Below are positions 11,746 to 20,944 of a stretch of 64,000 nucleotides of DNA, piece by piece. Below the pieces are notes generated by a model. The model had not been told where the DNA came from. It was given only the letters and a program-made list of their open reading frames with translations, and ran no database searches. Source of the stretch: Candidatus Eiseniibacteriota bacterium (GTDB lineage Bacteria > Eisenbacteria > RBG-16-71-46); the NCBI GenBank assembly GCA_963717935.1, contig CAVQXP010000004.1, forward strand, positions 1,266,240 through 1,330,239. Direction: 5' to 3'. Numbering within the stretch: the stretch's first letter is position 1; each line of letters opens with the position of its first letter. A program made the position numbers and the translations under genes.

Positions 11746-12590
11746 AGCCGACGCGACGCAAGGCGCTGGCGCACTGGATCCACGAGCGGTTCCAGGTGAA
11801 CGTCCGGCGGTCGTGTCGGCTGGCGCTGATCCAGCGGGCGAGTTGGTACTACAAGTCGCAGGCGCAGGACCAGTCGGGGCTCAGGCTGCGGATCCGGGAG
11901 ATTGCCCAGGCCCGCCCGCGGTTCGGTTACGAGCGGATCCACACGCTGCTGCGTCGGGAGGGCTGGCAGGTCAACCGGAAGCGGATTCACCGGCTGTACT
12001 GCCTGGAGGGGCTGCAGGTGCGGATGCGGGTGCGGCGGCGGAAGCAGATGAGCCTGCACCGGGGCCCGGTGCCTCGTCCGACGGCAGCGAACGTCCACTG
12101 GAGCATGGATTTCGTGCACGACCAACTGGCCGACGGGCGGCCATTTCGGGTGCTGACGGTGATCGATCAATGGAGTCGTGAGAGTGTGTTGCTGGAGGCG
12201 GGTTCTTCGCTGACTGGGAAGGCGGTCGCGGAAGCGCTGGATCGGGCGTCCTGGAGGCGTCCCTTGCCCAAGGCGATCACCGTCGATCACGGCACCGAGT
12301 TCACCTCCAAGGCGCTGGACCAATGGGCCTGGCAGCGCGGGATCGAGTTGGATTTCATCCGCCCCGGTAAGCCAATCGAGAACGCGCTGATCGAGTCCTT
12401 CAACGGGCGGCTGCGGGACGAATGCCTGAACGTGAACGAGTTCGTTTCGATGGAGGATGTGCGGCACCGAATCGAGGCCTGGCGGCTCGACTACAATCAC
12501 CGCCGGCCGCATGGCTCGCTCGGGAACCTGACCCCCAGCGAGTTTGCCGAACAGAGTCAGGAACGTGCCTCAGGAGGGGCGGCAGTCTAG
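11742..12590 (+). CDS. IS3 transposase OrfB (rve integrase core; -1 frameshift fusion)
   Basis: WSMDFVHD, TVIDQWSRE, VDHGTEF, IESFNGRLRDECLN, RPHGSLG. Confidence 0.92.
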   Translation: MKPTRRKALAHWIHERFQVNVRRSCRLALIQRASWYYKSQAQDQSGLRLRIREIAQARPRFGYERIHTLLRREGWQVNRKRIHRLYCLEGLQVRMRVRRRKQMSLHRGPVPRPTAANVHWSMDFVHDQLADGRPFRVLTVIDQWSRESVLLEAGSSLTGKAVAEALDRASWRRPLPKAITVDHGTEFTSKALDQWAWQRGIELDFIRPGKPIENALIESFNGRLRDECLNVNEFVSMEDVRHRIEAWRLDYNHRRPHGSLGNLTPSEFAEQSQERASGGAAV

Positions 12591-12692
12591 TTCAGATCTG
12601 TCCGAAAACGGGGCCGACCTCAGTGAGCGGCGGAGTCCAGTTATCCTTTGTCTACTTGACGGGGAAGCTTACGGAGGCATCACGTGTCGGTC

Positions 12693-13328
12693 ATGCTGAG
12701 GACCTCGTTGCCGTGGGTGCTCGTGGGCGCGCTGGCGTGCGCGGGCGCGTGTTCGTCCGGGGACGGCGCGGCGCCCGCACCGACCAGGAGCTTTTCGGAG
12801 GTCTTCTTGAGCGTCGACGCATGGAGCGAAGCGCGCGTCATGACGCTGGTCATCGATGGAGCCGGCCGTCGGACCGGATGGAATAAGGGGGAACAGTTCC
12901 GGGAAATCGTGGGATGTGGACTGGGCTTCGGGACCGAAGAGGGCATTCCGAACCCCGAGGGGGAGCCGGACGACACGTCTGCGACCACCCCGCCGGAGCC
13001 TCTTCCAGGAGATGCAGCCGTCGACACCGTGTCCGGTGAGCGGGAACCGACGCCAAGGTACTACTACTTCCACATCTCTAACGATGCGGTTACCCCGGTT
13101 GGTCTCATCGACCAAGGTGGATGCGAGCTGCGGTTGGATCCCACAGCGGCTGGCAAGGTGCAGCTTGGGCTCAGCGCGAAGAAGGGGGTATTCATTCTGT
13201 GCGAGGACACGACATCGGTCTGGGTAAGGCCCGGGGTGCCGTTGCGCTGGCGGCTGAGCTGGAAGGCTCAGAGAGACAGATGCGTTGTGAGGATCTCCAA
13301 GCTGCCGGCAAGATCTCCCAAGCGCTGA
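12693..13328 (+). CDS. Lipoprotein of unknown function (paralogue of 18150-18764)
   Basis: Lipobox-like AGA-C; shares IDxxGRRTGWN, PTPxYYY, GGCELRL, CxDTTS, PGVPxRWxLSW with the paralogue. Confidence 0.75.
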   Translation: MLRTSLPWVLVGALACAGACSSGDGAAPAPTRSFSEVFLSVDAWSEARVMTLVIDGAGRRTGWNKGEQFREIVGCGLGFGTEEGIPNPEGEPDDTSATTPPEPLPGDAAVDTVSGEREPTPRYYYFHISNDAVTPVGLIDQGGCELRLDPTAAGKVQLGLSAKKGVFILCEDTTSVWVRPGVPLRWRLSWKAQRDRCVVRISKLPARSPKR

Positions 13329-13424
13329 GCGGCACGCAGTCGCCCCCGTTGATCTCGTTTGGAGGCAAGCGCCGCGATTGACATTGGTCGGAGGTCCAGC
13401 ACCGATTCCAATTCTCCATCCGTA

Positions 13425-13901
13425 TCAGCCTCCAATCGTCGTGAACCGCCTCCCCTCGTACGCGCGGTGCTGCAACGCCTCGGCCAACGCGCGCACGCTG
13501 ACGCACTCCTCGCTGGTGAGATCCGCGATCGTGCGCGCCACGCGCATCGCGCGGTGAACCGCGCGTGCGGACATCCCGCCGCGATCCACCGCATCGGCGA
13601 CGAGCCGGCGCCCGGCCTGATCGAGCGCGCAGCACTCGTCGAGCCGCGCAGGGGGCAGGAGTGCGTTCAGGCATCCGCGCTCGCGCTGGCGCGCCCGCGC
13701 CGCGAGCACGCGCGCCCTCACGACCGCGCTCGACTCGCCCAAGGATGCCGCCTGCAGCTCGCGCGACATCAGCGCCGGCACCTCGACCTGGAGATCGATC
13801 CGGTCCAGCACCGGTCCGCTCACCCGCGCGTGGTGCTGCGCGAGATCGGTCGGCGTGCACTTGCAGCCCCGGCGTGGATGTCCGAGCCAGCCGCACTTGC
13901 A
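13425..13901 (-). pseudogene. comM: Orphan 3' fragment of comM (from CKCG to stop)
   Basis: Colinear with 18861-19297; begins abruptly at CKCGWLGHPRRGC with no 5' part. Confidence 0.9.
13465..13901. repeat. comM 3' direct repeat, copy 1 (437 bp, diverged; partner 18861-19297)
   Basis: Hand alignment at constant offset 5396, many substitutions, no net indel. Confidence 0.9.
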
Positions 13902-13909
13902 CCGTTGCG

Positions 13910-14341
13910 TTGCCTTTCTGCAATCTCCGCCTTGTTGGCCGCCGACCTCGTGTGTTCCCAAGGGGTTACCCGCAGGCGCCCCGGTCGCTCGGGGAGCGCA
14001 TACGCCAGCGACGGATGGACCTGGGGCTGACGCAACGAACCCTTGCCGAGCGGCAGGGCTGCTGGCCGGAGACGGTCGCGGCGTGGGAAAGGGGCGAGAG
14101 CGAGCCACTGGCCCGGCGGTGGCCAGCGATCGAGGCGGTCCTCGGAACGGGGCTCGTCCTGGAATGGGGCGGCCTCCCGGGGCGGGTCCGGGCCGCCCGG
14201 CTCCGGCTGGGACTCACGCAGGAGCAGGTCGCTGCCCGTACCGGGCTCGATCCTCGGACGGTTCGGAACGTCGAGACCGGGCGGCATGGGCCGAGCCGGA
14301 GGACTGCCGAGCGGTTGGCGGCGGTCCTCGGCACACTGTGA
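13910..14341 (+). CDS. Tandem XRE/HTH_3 DNA-binding protein
   Basis: LGERIRQRRMDLGLTQ...WERGESEP and RVRAARLRLGLTQEQVA...VETGRHGP. Start uncertain (TTG 13910 or ATG 14015). Confidence 0.8.
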   Translation: MPFCNLRLVGRRPRVFPRGYPQAPRSLGERIRQRRMDLGLTQRTLAERQGCWPETVAAWERGESEPLARRWPAIEAVLGTGLVLEWGGLPGRVRAARLRLGLTQEQVAARTGLDPRTVRNVETGRHGPSRRTAERLAAVLGTL

Positions 14342-16832
14342 GCCCCAGCCCGCCAATGAGGGCGGGACGAGCGTTGCGGCTCGGCTTCGCCGCCCGGAAA
14401 CTTCCCTTGCCCGCCGTCTGCCATGGGGGTGTACTGTGCAACGGACGCACGCCCCGCCGCGGAAACAAGGACTGCTGACCACCGGACCTCATCTCCGACT
14501 CTCTGGCACGGCGGGATCGTGGGGGCCGCCGGCGGGACTCGACTCGCTAATCGAAATGAGTGCGCAAGCGCCCGCTGGCTTGTTGGCGTGCGGAATCACA
14601 CGTGTTCTGACGATGGGAGGCCCACCCATGACAATCAGACTGGCTGTCTTGGTGCTGGTGTTCGCCGCGTTCCATCCCTTGCCCGTGGTGGCGCGAACTC
14701 CGACCAACGATGCGGCCGCCTTCCGCACCTTTGATCTTTACTCGGACCGCGCCGGGGCGGTAGGGACTCTGGATCACCTCAACTTCTCCTCCTCCTACCC
14801 TTCCTACCTGATCAGTCCCGCCTACATGGTGATCCACACGGTCGGAGGCGTTCCCGATACGGTTGCGCTCCTTCACCTGCAGCCGAACGATGCCACGGGG
14901 ATGGAGGTGAACGGGAGTACCCCGACGTCCTACGCCGAGTACGCGGTGGTACCGCCAATACTCGCCACCTCCATCAGCGTCAGCGTCAACGCCGATGTCG
15001 TCTTCGCGGGGCTCGGTCAGTACTACGACTTCCTGAAGCCCCTGGCCACGATCACGGTCACCTACGAAGACGCTTCGACGTGGATGGACACGTTGCGCGT
15101 GGGCCAACACATCAGGACCTGGCTGAGCGGGAGCATCACCTGTTTGGGGGATCTCTGGTACACCTACAACACGCCGCCGTTCGACCAGTACGCGGTCCCT
15201 CTGTATGCCAGCGGGGGCGTGTTCATGGACATGCAAGAGGTCCGGCTCCCGCACGTGCCCAAGAAGATAGCCCTGATCCGAGTGCAAGCCATCGCGCTCG
15301 ACCACTTCTGCAGCATCTACAATCCGCACCTCTACGCTGGCTACCATCTCCACGCTGTCTCGATCTGGCCGACGTTCAACGTCGCAAACGCCTCGTCGCA
15401 GCCTGTCGTGTGGCAGTCCCAGTTCACGAACGTGGACCACGGCGGCTACATGTTCGGCGGCATCCCCGTCGGCACCCGACGACTGATGAACCAGACCGCG
15501 TGTCAGGTCGCATCCCAGGCGATGTGCTACACGTACAGTGGCTTCAATTGCACGCCGACAGCTCTCAACACGTATCTTCAGCAGAATAGAGGCTACGTGC
15601 CAGATCAAGTGGCCATCGTGACGTCCGTCGCACCGGGCGGAGCCTCGATTCGCTATACGGCTACAGGAAAGACAACTCTGAAGGTCGGCGACAGATTCCT
15701 CGTTGAGCACGGCACCTACACGAACCCGCTCGCAACGTACCAGGTGACGGTCGCGGGTCGCCTTGGCCAAGCATCTCGCGTCGCAACCCACAACGCGGCT
15801 GTTCCCTCGGGCGACGATCCCGGTCGTGTGTACTGGAAGATGAAGCCTCGGGTTGCCGACGGGTTCACCAGCAGCCCACAGCTTCGCTCGATTGACCTCT
15901 ACGACTCGCCGCAGCTTGCTGCTCAGGTCGAGAGCCTGCTCGTGCGGGACATCGCGGTGCAACTGAACGTGCCCGACCACTTCGTCGTCGCGTCGGGCTG
16001 GACCTCGTCGTTCCGCCCGGATGGCAGCGCACGAGGGACCTACGCGATCAAGGACCCCTTCGACGACAGGGACTACACCAAGCTCATCGAAGGGAAGTAC
16101 GCCAACAAGTTCGCGATGGCCCGCTACGTTGTCCCGACTGGCGCGCTGGAGGTGGCGGGCAGTGTCGCGGCGCTGAGTGACCCCCCGGGGCTTGGCATCC
16201 TCGCCAGTGGCGCTCGCCGCGTCGAGGTCATCGACCCGCTCGGCCGACACATGCTGCGCGACGCCAGTACGGGGGAAGGCATCTACGAGATTCCGGACGC
16301 CTGCATCGAGGACGTCTCCTCAGAGCACGACAACGGCGGGGACGTGGACGACCCGCTGACCGGCTACGACATTGAGATTCCGACGACGGTCGATGGGCAC
16401 TACACGGTGACCGCGTACTCAGACGACGGCCTCTCGCTGAGCGCGAACGGCTACACGTCGTCGGGCATCTTCGCTTCGGACGGCGCCGTGGACACGACTG
16501 CGGCGCCCGTGGGCAATATCTACGACGTGCTCTACTCGGGGTCGGGGCAATCGGTCTCGGTAAGCCACACCGCCACGCTTGGCGTGAACATCACGTCGCC
16601 CCTGTTCGGCCCGAGCCGTCTGCGGGTGCGCCAGAGCCCTGCTACGGGTCCCGTGGAGTTCGTCATCATTGCCGCGGAGATGACCGCAGACGTCATCGAC
16701 GTGTTCGACGTTAGTGGTCGCCGTGTGGACGCGGTGCAGGTGGACGGCGGCACAGGCACGCGGACGATGCTTTGACCCCCAGTTCAGCGAGACACCTCCG
16801 CAGGGTACCATTGAGGTCCTGGGAGGGCAGTC

Positions 16833-17207
16833 ATGGAGAACGTGGCCAAGGGTTCCGATGGGCGCCGACTGTTCACCGCCGAGTTCAAGCGCACGCAGAT
16901 CGATCGGATCTTGAAGGGGGAGATCACCGCCGCGGAGCTGAGTCGTGAGCTCGGCGTGGCGCGCACGCTGATCCAGCGCTGGAAGTACTTGGTTACCAAG
17001 GGGGCGGAGGCCGCGGTGGGCTCGAACGGCGAGGTCGTCGCCGTGGCCGAGCTGCGGGCGGCGCAGGGGCGGATCAAGGAACTCGAGCGGCTGGTGGGTA
17101 AACAGGCCATGGAGTTGGAGATCCTGCGCGTGGCGCGCGACGAGGTAAAAAAAAGACCGCGCTACTACGGCGTGTCCGCGAAGCGACCGGAGGGTCGGTC
17201 GCGATGA
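16833..17207 (+). CDS. IS3 transposase OrfA
   Basis: RRLFTAEFK...ELSRELGV HTH; IKELERLVGKQAMELEIL. Confidence 0.9.
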   Translation: MENVAKGSDGRRLFTAEFKRTQIDRILKGEITAAELSRELGVARTLIQRWKYLVTKGAEAAVGSNGEVVAVAELRAAQGRIKELERLVGKQAMELEILRVARDEVKKRPRYYGVSAKRPEGRSR

Positions 17208-18028
17208 TCTGCCGCACGCTGCACATCGGCCGCGCGACGGCCTACCGCAAGGATCGCCCGCGACCTCGGCGCTATCGCCGGCAGGAGGACGAAGTGGTGC
17301 TGGCCCAACTGCGGCAGATGCTACGCGAGCGCGCCAGCTACGGCTATCGCCGCGCCCGCCGGATCGTCAATCGCCAGTTCGGCACCACCTACAACCGCAA
17401 GCGGATCCAGCGGGTGATGCGCCTCTATGGCCTGGCACTGCCGGTCCGGGGTCGCCGTCGCCGCGGGCGCCGGCACGAGGGCCAGGTCGAGTGCGTGATC
17501 TCGAACCAGCGGTGGTGCTCGGACGTGCTGGAGATCGCGTGCTGGAACGGCGAGGTCGTGCACCTGGCGTTCGCGCTCGACTGCTGCGACCGCGAGGTCC
17601 CGGCCCACGTCGCGACGCCGTACCCGACGTCGGGGATCGAGATCCGCCGGCTGATCCGCAAGACCGTCTTCGCGCGCTACGGGAACGAGAAGCCCGCGGT
17701 GCCGATCGAGTGGCTCACCGACAATGAGGGGATCTACACCGCACTCGAGACGGTGATCGAGGCCGAGCGGCACCACCTGGCGCCGATCACGACGCCGGTG
17801 GCGAGCCCGGAATCCAACGGCATGGCCGAGGCGTTCGTGAACACCTTCAAGCGCGACTACGTGGCAGGTGGCGACTTGGCCTCGGCGGCACGCGTGCTGG
17901 AGCAGATCCCTGGCTGGATCGAAGACTACAACACCTTCGCGCCGCACTCCTCGCTCGGGATGCTGTCCCCGGCCGAGTTCCGACTCGAACAGCAGACAGT
18001 TGCAGACACCGGGTGTCTCACGAAATAG
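17204..18028 (+). CDS. IS3 transposase OrfB
   Basis: RWCSDVLEI, FALDCCDRE, WLTDNEG, SPESNGMAEAFVNTFKRDY, PHSSLG. Confidence 0.9.
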   Translation: MICRTLHIGRATAYRKDRPRPRRYRRQEDEVVLAQLRQMLRERASYGYRRARRIVNRQFGTTYNRKRIQRVMRLYGLALPVRGRRRRGRRHEGQVECVISNQRWCSDVLEIACWNGEVVHLAFALDCCDREVPAHVATPYPTSGIEIRRLIRKTVFARYGNEKPAVPIEWLTDNEGIYTALETVIEAERHHLAPITTPVASPESNGMAEAFVNTFKRDYVAGGDLASAARVLEQIPGWIEDYNTFAPHSSLGMLSPAEFRLEQQTVADTGCLTK

Positions 18029-18149
18029 GGGTCAAAGCAACGATCACATGGGACTGGCGCACAATCGGCACCCGCTCTGGCGTCTACCTCGCCCGGCTGC
18101 GCTCTCGGGCCAACGAGACGGCTCGGTTCGTCATCCTCCGTTGACGAAC

Positions 18150-18764
18150 ATGAAGCGAGCGTTCTACGGGGTAGTGGCCTGCGTGGTCCTGGGCGTGGGA
18201 GCATGCGCGTTGCGCTCCAGCGCGCCCTCCAGCACTTCCGGGAAGTTCTTGCAGGTGCTCGTGAGCATCTACGCCTTCGGTGATGCGCGTGTGGGTGCTG
18301 TGCTCATCGACCGCGAGGGCCGCCGAACGGGCTGGAACGTTGATCGACCGATCCGGCAGATACCGGGAGTGTTGAACGGGTACGGCTCCGACGTGGGCAT
18401 TACTGACGAGAGCACGCCGGCGGATACGACGGAACCACCCCCCGCTGACACGGTACCCGGACATCCCGAGCCGACGCCCATTTACTACTACCTCTCGATT
18501 CAGGATTCAGCAGGAACACCCGGCCTGCTCCGGGAGGGCGGGTGTGAGCTCCGCCTCGTCCCCGTTGCGGGAGGTCGCGTCAGCCTCGCGATTACCGGGA
18601 CGGGGGCCGGATTCAGCCCGTGCCAAGACACGACCTCGTTCACGGTCACACCTGGCGTCCCCACGCGATGGTGGCTGAGTTGGAGCAAGAGTGGGAACAA
18701 GTGCGTCGTGGACCTCTCCAGAATGAACCGGAGCAGGCCGCGACCTCAGTCGCGCGTCAGGTAG
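18150..18764 (+). CDS. Lipoprotein of unknown function (paralogue of 12693-13328)
   Basis: MKRAFYGVVACVVLGVGA-C lipobox; ATG lies 5 nt after the restored stop of the peptidase gene. Confidence 0.75.
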   Translation: MKRAFYGVVACVVLGVGACALRSSAPSSTSGKFLQVLVSIYAFGDARVGAVLIDREGRRTGWNVDRPIRQIPGVLNGYGSDVGITDESTPADTTEPPPADTVPGHPEPTPIYYYLSIQDSAGTPGLLREGGCELRLVPVAGGRVSLAITGTGAGFSPCQDTTSFTVTPGVPTRWWLSWSKSGNKCVVDLSRMNRSRPRPQSRVR

Positions 18765-18823
18765 CATCTTTGGGCTTGCGCTTCGCGCAGGCAATGAACG
18801 AAAGCCGTGTGTTGCGGGGCTGA

Positions 18824-20338
18824 TTACCGGGCTGCGGCATGCCACCTTACTTCGGTTGCCCGGTACTGCAACGCCTCCGCCAACGCGCGCACGCTGATGC
18901 GCTCCTCGCCTGCCAAGTCCGCGATCGTGCGCGCCACGCGCGTCGCGCGGTGCACGGCCCGGGCGCTCATCCCGCCGCGGTCCACGGCGTCGGCGACGAG
19001 CCGGCGCCCGACCTGATCCAGCGCGCAGCACTCCTCGAGCCGAGCGGGCGGCAGGAGCGCGTTCAGGCAACCGCGCTCACGCTGATGCGCCCGCGCCGCA
19101 AGCACGCGCGCGCGTACCACTGCGCTCGACTCGCCCGGCATCGCCGCCTGCAGCTCGCGTGACGTGAGCGCCGGCACCTCAATCTGAATATCAATCCGAT
19201 CCAACACTGGCCCACTAACTCGCGCGTGATGTTGTGCTATATCAGTCGGAGTGCAGCGGCAGCCGCGTCGCGGATGCCCGAGCCAGCCGCACTTGCAGGG
19301 ATTCATCGCCGCCACGAGCAGTGCGCGGGCGGGGAACTCGCTGGCGCCGCTGGCGCGGACGATGGTGACCGTGCCGTTCTCGAGCGGCTGGCGCAGGGCG
19401 TCGAGCAGGCCGCGCGCGAACTCCGACAACTCGTCGAGGAAGAGCACGCCGTGGTGGGCGAGCGAGATCTCGCCGGGGCGCGGCGGGGAGCCGCCGCCCA
19501 CCAGGCCCGCGGGCGAGACCGTGTGGTGCGGTGCGCGGTAGGGGCGGCGCGTCATGAGTCCCCGCCCGGGGCGGCGCAGCCCGGCGGCGGAGTGCAGGCG
19601 CGTGACCACCAGCGCCTCGTCGGGCTCGAGCGGCGGGAGGATGCCGGGCAGGCGCCTGGCGAGCATGGACTTGCCCGCGCCGGGCGGGCCGATGTAGAGC
19701 AGGTGGTGCCCGCCGGCAGCGGCGATCTCGAGCGCCCGGCGCGCCACGGCCTGCCCGCGCACCTCGCCGAGGTCCTCGCTCGTGGCGGGCTCCGGGTCCG
19801 GCGGCGCCGGGGCCTGGCGGGGCGACTCCGCGCCGCGCAGCCACTCGACCGCCTCGTGCAGGGTGCCCACGGCGTGCACGACGAGGCCCTCGACGAGCGC
19901 GGCCTCCGGGGCGCAGGCGGAGGCGCACAGCAGGCTCGTTACGCCCGCGCGCCACAGCGCCTCGGCCAGGGGCAGGGTGCCCCGCACGCCGCGCAGGCGG
20001 CCGTCGAGCGCGATCTCGCCCAGCGCGGCCGCGTCTTCGAGACGCTCGCGCGGGGCCTGGCCGGTGGCGACCAGCACGCCGAGGGCGACGGCGAGGTCGG
20101 CCGAGGCGCCTTCCTTGCGGCGCTCGGCGGGCGCGAGGTTCACGGTGACCTTGCGGTCGGGGAGCTGGAAGCCCGCGTTGCGCAGCGCGGGCCAGACCCG
20201 GTCGCGCGCCTCGCGGCCGGTGGCGTCGGGGAGCCCGACGAGGACGAAGCCGGGCAGGCCGGGCCCGACATCCACCTCGCACTCGACCGGGAGCGCCTCC
20301 AGGCCCCAGAGGGCGGCCGTCCGCACGCGGCTCAGCAT
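18824..20338 (-). CDS. comM: ComM/YifB Mg-chelatase-like AAA+ helicase, intact
   Basis: VGLPD, VTVNLAPA, GPPGAGKSMLARRLPGILP, RAPHH, LAHHGVLFLDE, AAMNPCKCG, SGPVLDRID. Confidence 0.95.
   Translation of the reverse strand: MLSRVRTAALWGLEALPVECEVDVGPGLPGFVLVGLPDATGREARDRVWPALRNAGFQLPDRKVTVNLAPAERRKEGASADLAVALGVLVATGQAPRERLEDAAALGEIALDGRLRGVRGTLPLAEALWRAGVTSLLCASACAPEAALVEGLVVHAVGTLHEAVEWLRGAESPRQAPAPPDPEPATSEDLGEVRGQAVARRALEIAAAGGHHLLYIGPPGAGKSMLARRLPGILPPLEPDEALVVTRLHSAAGLRRPGRGLMTRRPYRAPHHTVSPAGLVGGGSPPRPGEISLAHHGVLFLDELSEFARGLLDALRQPLENGTVTIVRASGASEFPARALLVAAMNPCKCGWLGHPRRGCRCTPTDIAQHHARVSGPVLDRIDIQIEVPALTSRELQAAMPGESSAVVRARVLAARAHQRERGCLNALLPPARLEECCALDQVGRRLVADAVDRGGMSARAVHRATRVARTIADLAGEERISVRALAEALQYRATEVRWHAAAR
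18861..19297. repeat. comM 3' direct repeat, copy 2 (inside intact comM)
   Basis: Partner of 13465-13901. Confidence 0.9.
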
Positions 20339-20401
20339 GGGCCTGCTCCCGGGGAGGCGGGTCGCGGGGGTGACGCCCGGAGCAACGCAAGCACCGCGCC
20401 A
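20201..20401. repeat. 201-bp direct repeat, copy 1 (comM promoter plus first 46 codons)
   Basis: Identical to 24572-24772 except 20393 A vs 24764 G (hand alignment). Confidence 0.95.
20387..20401 (-). promoter_or_regulatory. Candidate sigma54 -24/-12 promoter of comM
   Basis: TGGCGCGGTGCTTGC (GG-N10-GC), 48 nt upstream of the comM ATG; second copy at 24758-24772. Confidence 0.6.
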
Positions 20402-20629
20402 ACCCCAGGAACGCAACGGGCTCTCAATCCCGCGCGCCGGTTCGACCCTCCAGCGTGAGCTACAGCACGCTCCGGGGCCACGCAGACCCTCGCGGCCAGG
20501 ACCAGCCTCTCGATAAGCCACGCCCCCAAAAATACCCAATGGTCGACCTCTTCTTCGGATTGCCCCGAGGACAATCACGCAGTGCTTGCGGTAGCAGGGC
20601 TCGGCCGGGCACGTGCGTATATCTTTCCC

Positions 20630-20657
20630 TTGACACTGACCTGGCGAGGAATATCTT
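20630..20657 (+). promoter_or_regulatory. Candidate sigma70 promoter of the S8 protease gene
   Basis: TTGACA-16 nt-TATCTT in an AT-richer intergenic region. Confidence 0.35.
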
Positions 20658-20944
20658 CCGCACAGGTTCTCAGGGGAACCCAAAGCAAGGGTTCACGTGA
20701 CCTTGCCTAGGAGGGTTGTGATTGGTGCAACGCCTCTCTCGATTCGTGAGGCAACCGAATCGCTCCATAGTTCCAGACTACATTCTAACTGAGCGGCAGA
20801 ACGCACCTCGTGACACGCGACTCACCCGTCTCCTGTCCATTCATCGTCCAATGGAGGAAGGATGAGGAAGTAGCATGGGCCGCATCATGACCACACTACC
20901 CGGAAGTTTTCTGCGTCTCAGCAAGCCGCCCTGTGGAGGGTTCT

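Larger units (their letters stand above)
11402..12622 (+). mobile_element. IS3-family insertion sequence (IS407-like), complete
   Basis: Imperfect terminal IRs TGACGTCGTCCCAGGATTTCG...GAAGTAGA / TCTAGTTC...GGGGCCGACCTCA; 4-bp target duplication GTGA at 11398-11401 and 12623-12626; orfA/orfB with an A6G slippery site at 11733-11739. Confidence 0.93.
16768..18039 (+). mobile_element. IS3-family insertion sequence (IS2-like transposase), complete
   Basis: IRs TGCTTTGACCCCCAGTTCAGCGAGACACC / GGTGTCTCACGAAATAGGGGTCAAAGCA; 4-bp duplication ACGA at 16764-16767 and 18040-18043; A8G slippery site at 17147-17155. Confidence 0.93.
14628..18144 (+). pseudogene. Large secreted C39-like (papain-fold) peptidase with a T9SS/FlgD-like C-terminal domain, interrupted by an IS
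   Basis: Signal peptide; TACQVASQAM...TPTALNTYL...GY, HFVVASG and IKDP (Cys-His-Asp). Removing the IS restores ...RTITWDWRTIGTRSGVYLARL...RFVILR* ending at 18144. Confidence 0.75.

Noticed and set aside
12627-12700. Remnant of a secreted-protein C-terminal tail upstream of the first lipoprotein (VYLTGKL...VSVMLR)
   Set aside because: Requires a frameshift and the similarity is too weak.
13465-19297. Diversity-generating retroelement template/variable repeat pair
   Set aside because: Differences are mostly synonymous G/C versus A/T changes rather than adenine-specific, and no reverse transcriptase is present.
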